Shown in pieces: positions 1 to 9,427 of a stretch of 64,000 nt of DNA. This DNA is from Candidatus Enterousia sp. (GTDB lineage Bacteria > Pseudomonadota > Alphaproteobacteria > Rs-D84): positions 42,005-106,004 of the forward strand of contig JAZLAT010000017.1 of assembly GCA_045613345.1 (NCBI GenBank), read 5' to 3'. A program made the position numbers and the translations under genes. Each line of letters opens with the position of its first letter. The stretch's first letter is position 1. Under the pieces are notes generated by a model. That model searched no databases, had not been told where the DNA came from, and saw nothing but the letters and a program-made list of their open reading frames with translations.

Positions 1-1427
1 GTTATATTGCTATTAGTACTATATATTAAATCATTCTTGCGTACCTTCTCGAACAGGTTAGCCGGTATTTGACCGACTACACCACTATTATAAAATGTCC
101 CCTCAAATACACTACTTCCAATTATATTTCTATCATCCGTAACACCGGTACCACCACCAAACAAAGTTCCCGGAATTCCGCCACTACTTAAGTTGGTTTC
201 TTTAAAGGTGTCCCTGAACATTTCGTTCCATGCATCAGTAGTGAAATAGTTAGCACTATTATATGCAGCCACACGTTCAAAATCATCACCAAATAAATAG
301 GCAGGAATAGAACCACCAACCCCAGTATACCCAAAAACAGCTTTGTACAAAGAAATACCAGAATCAGTATGACGACTGGTGCTGCAAGAATAATCCGGGT
401 GTGGCTTGTGTATAGGATTACCAATGAACAATGTATCTGGGATCTCGCTGTTTGCCAAATTGGCTGCCGTACAGTCATTATTTACAAAAGAACACCCAAA
501 CAAAAACTTGTATGACGGTAAAGCCCCAACCCCCGTTGGGTCACCAGCTGCACAACTGAAACCACGCAACCAACTGGAATTAAATATTGCACCCAAAGAC
601 CCGGATATTCCGGTCATGGCGCCCTTAAGCGAATTATTAAATTTTATTACAGGATCCGTGGCGGAAAAAACATTACGTAAATCGGAATTAGTCAATGTTT
701 GAGCGTCTTCTCTATACGCATACCCATTCAAACAAATACGTTTAGCCCCCCCAGATGTATATGTGTGCGAATAAGTTGTCGGTTGATTATTGCTTTTTGT
801 AACAGATGTATAAGATCCATCGCCCCAACTGATCACACTTCCAGACATCATTTTGGCTGCAATAGTTATACTATATGTTTTATTGGTCTGAACACTGACA
901 TCCATACCAAACGTACATCCAGAATCAAGCCACACGGCACGCAAAACAGACAAAGGAGAAATTTCCCTTATCTCGTCACCATCTATACTACTGTATCCTG
1001 CATTATGACCACTGCCTCCAACCGTATTACACTTTCCCACTTTTCCTCCCACAACGATCATGTCACTAGGCTTAAACAGCCAATTACTTTCACCATCCCT
1101 TGTAAAGACACAATTACTCGTTCCAGATGTATAGCTATACGGTTTATCTATCAACTGCCACCCACCAAATACTTTGCCCGCCGGAGCAGTACAGCCTATA
1201 TCCTGGGGGGTGCGAACCGAGTGCACCTCACAGTGATTAAAAGGATTACCTGCAGCATTCACAGTATTTTCACATAAATCGTCGAAAAAATCGTAAACCG
1301 CGGTCCAACTTCCACCTTTATTACATTGATAGTATATAGCATTTGCAGATGAAATACCCATCAATGCGCAAGTCGCAGCAACCACAAAAACACGTAAAAA
1401 GCCTAGTTTTCTTCCTAAAAATGACAT
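1..1427 (-). CDS. secreted repeat protein (C-terminus beyond left window edge)
   Basis: ATG at 1425-1427 follows a GGAAAGGGGAAAG RBS. The frame stays open to position 1, so it is absent from the ORF track. N-terminus MSFLGRKLGFLRVFVVAATCALMGISSANA looks like a signal peptide. Four in-frame G-x-IP-x-x-LF repeats. Confidence 0.7.
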   Translation of the reverse strand, partial: MSFLGRKLGFLRVFVVAATCALMGISSANAIYYQCNKGGSWTAVYDFFDDLCENTVNAAGNPFNHCEVHSVRTPQDIGCTAPAGKVFGGWQLIDKPYSYTSGTSNCVFTRDGESNWLFKPSDMIVVGGKVGKCNTVGGSGHNAGYSSIDGDEIREISPLSVLRAVWLDSGCTFGMDVSVQTNKTYSITIAAKMMSGSVISWGDGSYTSVTKSNNQPTTYSHTYTSGGAKRICLNGYAYREDAQTLTNSDLRNVFSATDPVIKFNNSLKGAMTGISGSLGAIFNSSWLRGFSCAAGDPTGVGALPSYKFLFGCSFVNNDCTAANLANSEIPDTLFIGNPIHKPHPDYSCSTSRHTDSGISLYKAVFGYTGVGGSIPAYLFGDDFERVAAYNSANYFTTDAWNEMFRDTFKETNLSSGGIPGTLFGGGTGVTDDRNIIGSSVFEGTFYNSGVVGQIPANLFEKVRKNDLIYSTNSNI

Positions 1428-1593
1428 ACTTTCCCCTTTCCGTTCATTCTCTTGTGTTTCAGTCTAGAAAATTCCTAAACACGCGTCAACAACAAAATTT
1501 TATTTTTTTATAAATTTTTTATTTTTTGCCGATTTTCACGAACTTTGCGCCAATTTTTACCACAGAATTTAAATTAAAGGAACTAAAAAAAAT

Positions 1594-1622
1594 TTGATTT
1601 TTACGTACGGGCACGATATAAT
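1594..1622 (+). promoter_or_regulatory. sigma70-like promoter of rnpB
   Basis: TTGATT, 17-nt spacer, TATAAT. The predicted start near 1629 matches the 5' strand of the P1 helix. Confidence 0.5.
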
Positions 1623-1628
1623 CCGTCC

Positions 1629-1992
1629 CGCAGCCAACAAAAGCATAGCCGTCGTCATCTTTTTTTAAAGAAAAAGCACGGCGGAGGAAAGTCCGGACTG
1701 CAACGGGACGGCACACCGGCTAACGGCCGGGCGGGGTAACCCGACGATTAGAGCAACAGTGACGAAGCGGACCCCATAGGGGAACGAGTGAAACGGGCAA
1801 TCTCTGTGCGCAGCAACTTCAAATAGGTTTCCAATGGTCTGTCCCGGACCGGAAACGGGTAGAGGGCTTGACACTTTGTGGTAACACATTGTGCAGATTA
1901 ATTATGCTTGCCACCGCGCGTTTGGTGTCGCACGCGCCGGAACGACACGAATCACGGCGGAACAGAATCCGGCTTATCGTTTGGCCGCACGG
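1629..1992 (+). ncRNA. rnpB: RNase P RNA, bacterial type A
   Basis: Universal GGAGGAAAGTCCGGAC near the 5' end and ACAGAATCCGGCTTATCG near the 3' end. 5' GCAGCCAA pairs with 3' TTGGCCGC as P1. Length about 364 nt. Ends are good to about 10 nt. Confidence 0.9.
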
Positions 1993-2024
1993 CAACCCGT
2001 CCCCGCAAGGTGGCGGGTTTTTGG
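1993..2024 (+). terminator. rho-independent terminator after rnpB
   Basis: AACCCGTCC..GGCGGGTT stem followed by TTTTT. Confidence 0.6.
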
Positions 2025-2025
2025 T

Positions 2026-2130
2026 ACTAGTGTTAGTGGTTAGTGCTAGTGGTTAGTAGTATCTGGAATCAGTCAGTAATTGCGAAATTATTCCAGAACC
2101 TACTAACCACTATCCACTTACACTAACCAC
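2026..2130. repeat. palindromic intergenic element, copy E1 (GTTAGTG-heptad arms)
   Basis: Left arm tagtgttagtggttagtgctagtggttag. Inner stem tctggaa..ttccaga. Right arm ctaaccactatccacttacactaaccac. It abuts the tolA stop codon. Confidence 0.9.
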
Positions 2131-2883
2131 TTACATTACGGCACCAGTGGTCGGATAAAAAGTCAGCTGAATTTGTTTCCACTTGGCGTACTCGTTCGTC
2201 GGCAACATACGTAATGGCTGGCACACATTTATCGCCGATCGAATCGTTTCCAAAACATAAGCAAACGCTGGGTCGGTCTCGGCACGCGCCGCCGACTCAA
2301 ACCAAATATCAGATACCGTTCCATTTTGCCGCATTGTCAAATGTGCAACTGCACGTATTCCGCCAATGTCCGGACGCGTCGTATCAATATTCCAACACCG
2401 CGTCATCGCCACACGCAATGCATCAACCACAGAAACTGTCAAGGTTCGATCCAAAGACAAAACATTTCGATTTACCCGCACAACCGTCTTTTTTTTGGGT
2501 GCCGGTGCATCATCATTTTTATCCGTTGCGACATCATCGGTTTTATCTTTTTTATCTGTTTTTTCTGCATCAACAATCATCGTTGATTCTATCTTTTGCG
2601 GTGTATCATCCGCGGCAACAGGTTCCGGTGTTTTTTCTTCTTTCTGGGCTTTCACTTCTTTTTTTTCGGGCACGGAATTTGTGTTATAAAGTACCGTTTC
2701 ATCACCCATAACACGAACCGCCGACAAATCAATCATCGTTATCTGGATTCGATCTGGCGCAACAAAACGATCCGCCCGCGATAAAACAACATCCGCCAAA
2801 AATACCACAACACCCAAGACAACCAAATGCCCCAGAATTGAAAAACCAAAGTTTTCCGAAATAAAATGCGTATTTTTGGTCAT
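2131..2883 (-). CDS. tolA: TolA-like protein (N-terminal TM, Lys/Glu/Pro-rich linker, TolA/TonB-type C-terminal domain)
   Basis: Lies immediately downstream of tolR. N-terminal TM helix, KKEVKAQKEEKTPEP linker and a small C-terminal domain. Confidence 0.7.
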   Translation of the reverse strand: MTKNTHFISENFGFSILGHLVVLGVVVFLADVVLSRADRFVAPDRIQITMIDLSAVRVMGDETVLYNTNSVPEKKEVKAQKEEKTPEPVAADDTPQKIESTMIVDAEKTDKKDKTDDVATDKNDDAPAPKKKTVVRVNRNVLSLDRTLTVSVVDALRVAMTRCWNIDTTRPDIGGIRAVAHLTMRQNGTVSDIWFESAARAETDPAFAYVLETIRSAINVCQPLRMLPTNEYAKWKQIQLTFYPTTGAVM

Positions 2884-2887
2884 AAAA

Positions 2888-3295
2888 CTATTTCTCTAAT
2901 TTTGTCCGCAGACCGATTCGTTCAAATCCCGCCGTCTTTAATTTACCCATAACCGCCATCACGGCACCATAGTCCGCCCGACGGTCACCGTTTATTACAA
3001 TCGTCAAATTTGGATTTTCACCACGCATAGCCACAGCCCGCGCCACTGTTTCATCCAAAGATACCGCGGTCGTACCGATATAATAATTTCCAACTGCATC
3101 AACACTTATTTGCATTGCATGATCCGTTCCGGTCAAAACCGTCGTACCTGCATTTGGCAAGTCTAAATCTATACCATTTGTCATCATCGGTGTTGTCACC
3201 ATAAACACCGCCAACAACACAGTCATAACATCAATCATCGGTGTCAAAGATATAACTGCATCTGAATTCCTATGCCTGGGTCTGGACATTTTCAT
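2888..3295 (-). CDS. tolR: ExbD/TolR family biopolymer transport protein
   Basis: ISLTPMIDVMTVLLAVFMV TM helix with the conserved Asp, a periplasmic domain, and tol-cluster context. Confidence 0.85.
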   Translation of the reverse strand: MKMSRPRHRNSDAVISLTPMIDVMTVLLAVFMVTTPMMTNGIDLDLPNAGTTVLTGTDHAMQISVDAVGNYYIGTTAVSLDETVARAVAMRGENPNLTIVINGDRRADYGAVMAVMGKLKTAGFERIGLRTKLEK

Positions 3296-3857
3296 CCTCC
3301 GTCTTTAATTTTGAATATACCAAAAGGTCGCATACGCCACCGGCACCACGTGCGCAACTTTTGCGTCGCAAACGCCCTTCGCGCACGAAATTGCACCTTT
3401 GAGCGACATTCTCTGCGCGCGTATTGCCATAATCTATTTGTAATTCGACCCGTTCAAAGCCAAAATCAAACAAAACCGGCGTTAAAGCATTCAAAGCATC
3501 AGAAATTATGCCACGACCAACAAACTCATCAGCAAGCCAAAATCCAACCTGGACCGCCTGCATCGGCAAATCCAAATCAAAAACACGAATACGCCCAACC
3601 AAAAGATTGCTTGCATATATACCAAAACAAAAACCGCGAAGACGCCGCCATTGATCATCACGTTTTTTAATCAAATCATACATGCCGTCGCGCGTAGTCA
3701 CATTTACAAACATTTCAAACCAATCACCCAAAGATTTCCGCGAAGAATCAACCACATCTAATAAAATTCGTGCATTGTTCATATTTGGTTCGACACGACG
3801 CAATACCGACAACTTTGCCGGTATAACATCGGGAAAATTGGTCAAATCACACATCAT
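3270..3857 (-). CDS. GNAT (RimJ/RimL-like) N-acetyltransferase inserted between tolQ and tolR
   Basis: Acetyltransferase core VGFWLADEFVGRGIISDAL..ERVELQIDYGNTRAENVAQRCNF..EG. The start overlaps the tolQ stop and the 3' end overlaps the tolR start. Confidence 0.75.
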   Translation of the reverse strand: MMCDLTNFPDVIPAKLSVLRRVEPNMNNARILLDVVDSSRKSLGDWFEMFVNVTTRDGMYDLIKKRDDQWRRLRGFCFGIYASNLLVGRIRVFDLDLPMQAVQVGFWLADEFVGRGIISDALNALTPVLFDFGFERVELQIDYGNTRAENVAQRCNFVREGRLRRKSCARGAGGVCDLLVYSKLKTEDENVQTQA

Positions 3858-4297
3858 TTAGATTTTTCCAATCTGTCGTATAAATCATCGGCACGTTTTG
3901 TAAAAACCTGGTGTGCTATTGCCGCAGGTATCGCAACAATAAGCCCCAAAGCCGTTGTACCCAACGCAATTGCCAACCCGGGTGCAATTACGCCGATACT
4001 GACCGATTGGTTCGCGCCAATTGATGCAAAAGAATCCATAACACCCCACACGGTACCAAACAACCCAATAAATGGTGACACATAAGCAACCATCGCCAAA
4101 AACCATAAATTACGGTCAAATGGGCGTATAACCGTGTCCGGATTGCCGCCAAGCTTTGTTCGCCGCGCGGCACGAAACAATCGTATTTTTTCAACAATAA
4201 CCGCCCAAGACATTATACTGAATATAACCAGCACAATTGACGCAATCGCCGTCACCACATCCGTGGAAAACAACCGCCACAAAGAAAAACTGTTCAT
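3854..4297 (-). CDS. tolQ: MotA/TolQ/ExbB family proton channel, short form (147 aa)
   Basis: Three TM segments and the conserved GLFGTVWGVM and GLAIALGTTALGLIVAIPA motifs. Confidence 0.8.
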   Translation of the reverse strand: MNSFSLWRLFSTDVVTAIASIVLVIFSIMSWAVIVEKIRLFRAARRTKLGGNPDTVIRPFDRNLWFLAMVAYVSPFIGLFGTVWGVMDSFASIGANQSVSIGVIAPGLAIALGTTALGLIVAIPAAIAHQVFTKRADDLYDRLEKSK

Positions 4298-4313
4298 ATT
4301 ATCATCCTTTTGT

Positions 4314-4703
4314 TCATTTCATACTTTCAGCAAAAGCATCCACCAAAGCCGCCGGCATACGCACCGGACGACCTTTACCATTCAGATACGCCGCCGTCCC
4401 GGTAAGTATAGCACAAATTTCATCATTTTTCACGAATTTTTGTTCAACCGATACAGATGCCGCACCAAAGCCCGTTACAACGGTTTCCACAATAAATTCA
4501 TCCGTTAAAAATAATGGTTTTAAATATCTAATTGATAAATTTCGCACGACCAAACCAACATCGCCATTAACCGGTCGTGCAATTTTACCAATCCAAGCCA
4601 TACGCGCACGTTCAGCGACTTCGATATACCGACCATGATACATAATACCGCCCGCATCAGTATCTGCATAGGCAACCGAAAAATGGAATTTGTGCACCAT
4701 CAT
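4314..4703 (-). CDS. ybgC: YbgC/FadM-family acyl-CoA thioesterase
   Basis: [25 protein letters not shown] hotdog-fold motif. Lies between ruvB and tolQ. Confidence 0.85.
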   Translation of the reverse strand: MMVHKFHFSVAYADTDAGGIMYHGRYIEVAERARMAWIGKIARPVNGDVGLVVRNLSIRYLKPLFLTDEFIVETVVTGFGAASVSVEQKFVKNDEICAILTGTAAYLNGKGRPVRMPAALVDAFAESMK

Positions 4704-5701
4704 TTTTCCAACCCCATATGCCGATATCCCGCATCCGTCACGATTCGACCGCGGGGTGTCCGCTGAATCAATCCAAGTTGCATCAAGTAAGGTTCAATAA
4801 CATCTTCAATGGTATCTGCGGGTTCTGATAAAGCAGCCGCCAAATTATCAATCCCAACCGGTCCACCCGCATAATGCTTTATTATTGCATTCAAATATTC
4901 ACGATCCACCGCATCCAACCCAGAATTATCAATGTGCAACTGGGTCAATGTAGTACGAACCACATCTTCCGTAATTATACTGTTCCCAGTTGCCGCGGCA
5001 AAATCGCGTGCACGTTTTAGCAATCTGTTCGCAATCCGCGGTGTTCCACGCGAACAAGTTGCCAAAGCCAAAGCGCCGCCATCATCAATATCCGTACCCA
5101 AAATAGCCGCACTGCGCCGAACAATTTTTGCCAAATCCGCCGCCGGATAAAAACTAAGCCGTAAATCAATACCAAAACGATCGCGCAACGGATTAGACAA
5201 CAAGCCCGTCCGTGTTGTCGCACCAACCAGAGTAAAAGGAGGCAGGTCGATACGCACACTTTTTGCCGAAGGGCCTTCGCCCAACATAATATCCAATTTA
5301 AAATCTTCCATAGCGGAATACAAAACCTCTTCAATTGCGGTTGGCAAACGATGAATTTCATCAATAAACAGAACATCCATAGGTTCCAATGCGGTCAATA
5401 TCGCCGCCAAATCACCTTGCTTGGTCAGCATAGGTGCAGAAGTCGCCCGAAAATTTGCACCCAATTCATTTGCAATAATATGCGCCAATGTAGTTTTTCC
5501 CAATCCGGGCGGCCCATAAAGCAACACATGATCCATCGGTTCACTACGGTTGCGCGCGCCCGTAATAAATACAGATAAATTCTGCTTTAACGCGTCATGA
5601 CCGATAAAGTCGGACAAAACCTTTGGACGGATAGACCCCACCGATTCGTCCGGGATGTTTGGATCTATGAAACGATTTTGCATTTTATTTTCCATATTCA
5701 C
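4700..5701 (-). CDS. ruvB: Holliday junction branch migration helicase RuvB
   Basis: Walker [15 protein letters not shown], Walker [10 protein letters not shown] and the RuvB C-terminal winged-helix region. Confidence 0.95.
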   Translation of the reverse strand: MNMENKMQNRFIDPNIPDESVGSIRPKVLSDFIGHDALKQNLSVFITGARNRSEPMDHVLLYGPPGLGKTTLAHIIANELGANFRATSAPMLTKQGDLAAILTALEPMDVLFIDEIHRLPTAIEEVLYSAMEDFKLDIMLGEGPSAKSVRIDLPPFTLVGATTRTGLLSNPLRDRFGIDLRLSFYPAADLAKIVRRSAAILGTDIDDGGALALATCSRGTPRIANRLLKRARDFAAATGNSIITEDVVRTTLTQLHIDNSGLDAVDREYLNAIIKHYAGGPVGIDNLAAALSEPADTIEDVIEPYLMQLGLIQRTPRGRIVTDAGYRHMGLEK

Positions 5702-5704
5702 TCA

Positions 5705-6364
5705 CTATAACAGTTTTGTATCCGCGTTTTCGCGACCAACATAGGCCTTGAAATCGTTATACATCTGGCGCAAATCTGCCGGAGTACCATAAGTTGCATC
5801 CGCCCCACGAATTCGTATAGTTTCCAAATCTATCAACGATTGTTTTTTCAAAACCTGGGTAAGATGCATCGCGAAAGCCTTGGCATCTTCGGATTCTTCG
5901 GCACCTTGGAGTAAAAGTCCCCGATTCGGTCGTGGTGACAGAAACGCGAAATCCGAAATTGCTGAATCAGGCGACACCAACACAAATCCCGACACTTCTG
6001 GGCGACGCATCAACATCTGCATAACATACCAGGCGCCCAACTGGTGCCCTGCAAGCCAGATTTTATCACTGTCTTCATTATTATTTTGTATCCAATCGAC
6101 GACTGTCGCGATATCTAACATATTATCCGCCGTCGTCCCAAGCGCACCTTCGGAATCACCGACGCCACGATAATTAAAGCGCACCACAGAAAAGCCCGCG
6201 TCCATAAAAGCGCGGAACATCGCATAAGAAATTCGATCATTCATATGATGCTTTTGCCGTGGATTTCCCGACAAAACAACCGCCAACGGCGCATCATCAT
6301 CGGCAGCCTTATGATAAACCGCATGCAATTTTCCCGCTTCCCCAGATATTATAACATCAAACAT
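5705..6364 (-). CDS. alpha/beta-hydrolase-fold protein with a non-canonical nucleophile elbow
   Basis: Length and fold pattern fit the family (VVLSGNP..RFNYRGVGDSEG..). The nucleophile elbow reads GHQLG instead of GxSxG. Confidence 0.6.
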   Translation of the reverse strand: MFDVIISGEAGKLHAVYHKAADDDAPLAVVLSGNPRQKHHMNDRISYAMFRAFMDAGFSVVRFNYRGVGDSEGALGTTADNMLDIATVVDWIQNNNEDSDKIWLAGHQLGAWYVMQMLMRRPEVSGFVLVSPDSAISDFAFLSPRPNRGLLLQGAEESEDAKAFAMHLTQVLKKQSLIDLETIRIRGADATYGTPADLRQMYNDFKAYVGRENADTKLL

Positions 6365-6435
6365 TTTATACCTTTTTATTTTTACATATTATATATAGAA
6401 CAAACCTGTATCAAATTTCAATAAAAATTTTTGCT

Positions 6436-6465
6436 TTGACATGAAAGGCAAAAATGTTTTAAAAT
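6436..6465 (+). promoter_or_regulatory. candidate promoter for 6494 gene
   Basis: TTGACA, 18-nt spacer, TAAAAT, about 30 nt upstream of the ATG. Confidence 0.35.
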
Positions 6466-6493
6466 AGAAACATTCAAAGGAAAGGTTTGATAA

Positions 6494-7399
6494 ATGATTA
6501 AAACATTAAATATAAGTGTAATTGGCGCAATTGTTGCAACTGGGGCTTTTGGTGCCACAGAATATATCCAAGAAAACTTTCAAACAATCTATACTGAAAC
6601 ACCTGTGCAATCTTATTACGCGTATCCTGATGACCCAAATTTCGTTCCCGAAAGCGAATTTATGCAACGCGCGGACAGTTTGAATTATGACCAAAATATT
6701 ATCGATGCTCGCGATGCCGAAGCCGAAGCGCATCCTGGTGTCATGTTTGCTGAAAAAACAATGATAATATGCCGCAACTTTGGTTGCACACGATTAAACG
6801 ACAAAATTACACGGACATTTTTATTCAACAGTTTGGTCAACACCTTTATGATGAACGCACATTCGCGACTTTATATTTGTGAAGCCGACCCGTTTTCTCG
6901 CGATTGCTTGCAATCTGGGATAAGTATGCCGGTGCGTTCGGGTATTGCAAATGCATTGGTTAAAATACCAAAGGCGACCATTTCCCAAGTCAATGTTTCA
7001 ACCGGTCTTTCACGGGCAACGGTAAACATGACCTATGAAATGTTGGTTAACGGCATAAGCCGTACTTGCGAACCGACAATCATGGATATCGTGATTCCAA
7101 GCAATTCTTCTGCTATGCTGTCTAATCGCGAATTTACTTGTAATATGACAAGCGATGGTCTAAGCAACGTGTCGCTTTTGGTAAATTTGGATTATATTGA
7201 TTTGGATTATGGGATTTTGGGGGGATATTATTCCATTGGAACCCAAGGCCCGACCACTGGTGGCGGCACGGGATACGCACTTTTCAAGACCGAATTCACA
7301 ACAGGCGGTATGCAATTTCGCGCGGCGGTTGATGAAAATGAAAATCTGATTCAAACAATTCAACCTGGCGAATACGCGGTCGAACCTTTGCGCAGATAA
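6494..7399 (+). CDS. secreted protein of unknown function
   Basis: AGGAAAGG RBS and signal-like N-terminus MIKTLNISVIGAIVATGAFGA. No family recognised. Confidence 0.6.
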   Translation: MIKTLNISVIGAIVATGAFGATEYIQENFQTIYTETPVQSYYAYPDDPNFVPESEFMQRADSLNYDQNIIDARDAEAEAHPGVMFAEKTMIICRNFGCTRLNDKITRTFLFNSLVNTFMMNAHSRLYICEADPFSRDCLQSGISMPVRSGIANALVKIPKATISQVNVSTGLSRATVNMTYEMLVNGISRTCEPTIMDIVIPSNSSAMLSNREFTCNMTSDGLSNVSLLVNLDYIDLDYGILGGYYSIGTQGPTTGGGTGYALFKTEFTTGGMQFRAAVDENENLIQTIQPGEYAVEPLRR

Positions 7400-7462
7400 A
7401 TTTTGCGCGACTCTTGAAAATTATTCACCAAAGTGCTACGATTCGTCAAAAAGGCAACGTGC

Positions 7463-8110
7463 ATGACGAACAAAACAGTTCTTGTTATTGATGACGACAG
7501 TGTTCTGCGGGCGGGTATCGCACGTGGCTTGCGCGACGCAGATTTTAATGTAATAACCGCACCAAATGCTGAATTTGCCGATGAAATAATGAAACGTATG
7601 TCCGTCGATGCCATTGTATTGGATCGTATGATGACCGACATGGACGGTTTAAGTTTTTTAACAAAAATTCGTGCAAACGGCAATATGACCCCAACAATTA
7701 TGCTGACCGCGATGGGTGGGGCCGAAAACACCATTGATGGTTTAAGTGCGGGGGCGGACGATTATCTGTCAAAACCCTTTCAAATCAAAGAGCTGATTCT
7801 AAGATTGAACAACATTATTGCGCGCGGGCAAACAAGCAAACCAAAAATGCCAGACGGGTTGGCCGAAACAGACGGCGAATTTTTTGTGGTTACAAACAAT
7901 GGAAGGCGCGGATTGCTTGCATTATCGGGTGAAGAAAAAAAATTATTACAAAACCTTGTAAACCCGGTTGGCTGTATTGCTGCGGCACAACCGATGGTCG
8001 CAAAACGCTTGCGTGAAAAATTAAATGATGTATTATCAAATGTGGATATCATCACTGTGCGCGGACGCGGTTACAAGATTATATGTCAAAACACAAACCA
8101 AAAGGAATAA
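7463..8110 (+). CDS. OmpR-family response regulator
   Basis: Receiver domain VLVIDDD..LDRMMTDMDG..K and a C-terminal winged helix ending ITVRGRGYKI. The MTNKTV start is preferred over the track start at 7433. Confidence 0.8.
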   Translation: MTNKTVLVIDDDSVLRAGIARGLRDADFNVITAPNAEFADEIMKRMSVDAIVLDRMMTDMDGLSFLTKIRANGNMTPTIMLTAMGGAENTIDGLSAGADDYLSKPFQIKELILRLNNIIARGQTSKPKMPDGLAETDGEFFVVTNNGRRGLLALSGEEKKLLQNLVNPVGCIAAAQPMVAKRLREKLNDVLSNVDIITVRGRGYKIICQNTNQKE

Positions 8111-8113
8111 AAT

Positions 8114-9394
8114 ATGAGATTAATTCCACGAAGTTTTTTCTGGCGCACTATACTTTTGATATTGGTGCCCTTGGTAATAACCCAGGTTATTATTGCAAAT
8201 GTATTCTTTGGAAATCATTGGGCACGCGTGCATGCCACCATGGCAAATTCGTTGTCAGGTGAAATTGCTACGATGATGAATTTTATTGATTCTGGGAACA
8301 TGGCAACTGCTGAATCTATGGCGGCAGATTTGGGTATAAATATAGTCAACAATTCTGAAACCGTGCGCCCAACACAAGACAATAATGATTCTCGTATTGC
8401 CGGGTTGTTGGCGAAACATTTATCACACCGTCTAAAGCGCACCCCACATATATACATTGACCGCGCAGATCGGCTTATTGATATAGATATTCCGACCAAT
8501 AACGGCAATGTCATTACATTTGGAACAAGTCTTTATCGTGTTTATTCAACAAGCACCGAAGTCTTTATCATATGGCTTGTTGGTGCATTATTGATTGTAT
8601 CACTTTTGGTATCACCGTTCATAATAATGCATAACCGCAGCATAAGGCGTATTGCACATGCGGCAAATCGGTTTGGTCGTGGATTGGATGCTCCTGGGTT
8701 TCAACCAACTGGTTCACGTGAAATTCGTGAAGCCGCCACCGCCATGATAACAATGAAACAGCGGCTTGACCGATACAACCGCACAAGAACGGATATGCTG
8801 AACGCGGTCAGCCACGATTTAAAATCACCACTGGCGCGCATGCGGCTTGCCATTGAAACCGACAGTGCCGATAAAAATGCACTTCTTACGGATATTGACC
8901 GTATGACGACAATGATAAATGGATATCTGGCTTTTGCGCGCGGCGAAGCACCCGAAATTGAACAATCAACCGAAATTCCACCAATGTTATTGCGGATTGC
9001 GCGTGATGCCGCACCTGACAAGAAAATCGTAACCGACTTTCCCGAAGTGTCGGCACAATTTTACGCACGTCCAATGGCTTTAGCGCGCGCATTTTCAAAT
9101 ATAATAGAAAACGCGGCGCGATATGCCAAATCGACAATAAAATTGACCGAGACCGACAGTCCGGTTGAAACAACAATTACAATTGAAGACGATGGTCCCG
9201 GGATTCCTGACGACAAGAAATCCGACGCACTGCGCCCCTTTGTCCGATTGGATGAATCGCGTGATGCAAAAACCGGTGGCACCGGATTGGGGTTGTCTAT
9301 TGCAAAAACAGCCATTGAAAACCACGGTGGTCAAATATTCTTGGAAGACAGCGATTTAGGCGGTCTGCGCGTGCGTGTAGTATTACCAATATAA
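8114..9394 (+). CDS. EnvZ-like sensor histidine kinase
   Basis: Two TM segments, a HAMP-like segment, H-box AVSHDLKSPLARM, N-box IIENAARYA, and G-boxes DDGPGIP and GGTGLGLSI. Confidence 0.85.
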   Translation: MRLIPRSFFWRTILLILVPLVITQVIIANVFFGNHWARVHATMANSLSGEIATMMNFIDSGNMATAESMAADLGINIVNNSETVRPTQDNNDSRIAGLLAKHLSHRLKRTPHIYIDRADRLIDIDIPTNNGNVITFGTSLYRVYSTSTEVFIIWLVGALLIVSLLVSPFIIMHNRSIRRIAHAANRFGRGLDAPGFQPTGSREIREAATAMITMKQRLDRYNRTRTDMLNAVSHDLKSPLARMRLAIETDSADKNALLTDIDRMTTMINGYLAFARGEAPEIEQSTEIPPMLLRIARDAAPDKKIVTDFPEVSAQFYARPMALARAFSNIIENAARYAKSTIKLTETDSPVETTITIEDDGPGIPDDKKSDALRPFVRLDESRDAKTGGTGLGLSIAKTAIENHGGQIFLEDSDLGGLRVRVVLPI

Positions 9395-9427
9395 ATTATA
9401 AATAATTTTAAAATCGGAGAATCAAAC

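Noticed and set aside
1519-2056. ORFs 1519-1716(-), 1665-1889(-) and 1868-2056(+).
   Set aside because: They overlap the RNase P RNA and its promoter and terminator. Their translations are low-complexity with no RBS.
2214-2784. Plus-strand ORFs antisense to tolA (2214-2711, 2326-2586, 2366-2689 and 2596-2784).
   Set aside because: These are shadow frames of a compositionally biased Lys/Glu/Pro-rich gene. The products are junk-like and have no start context.
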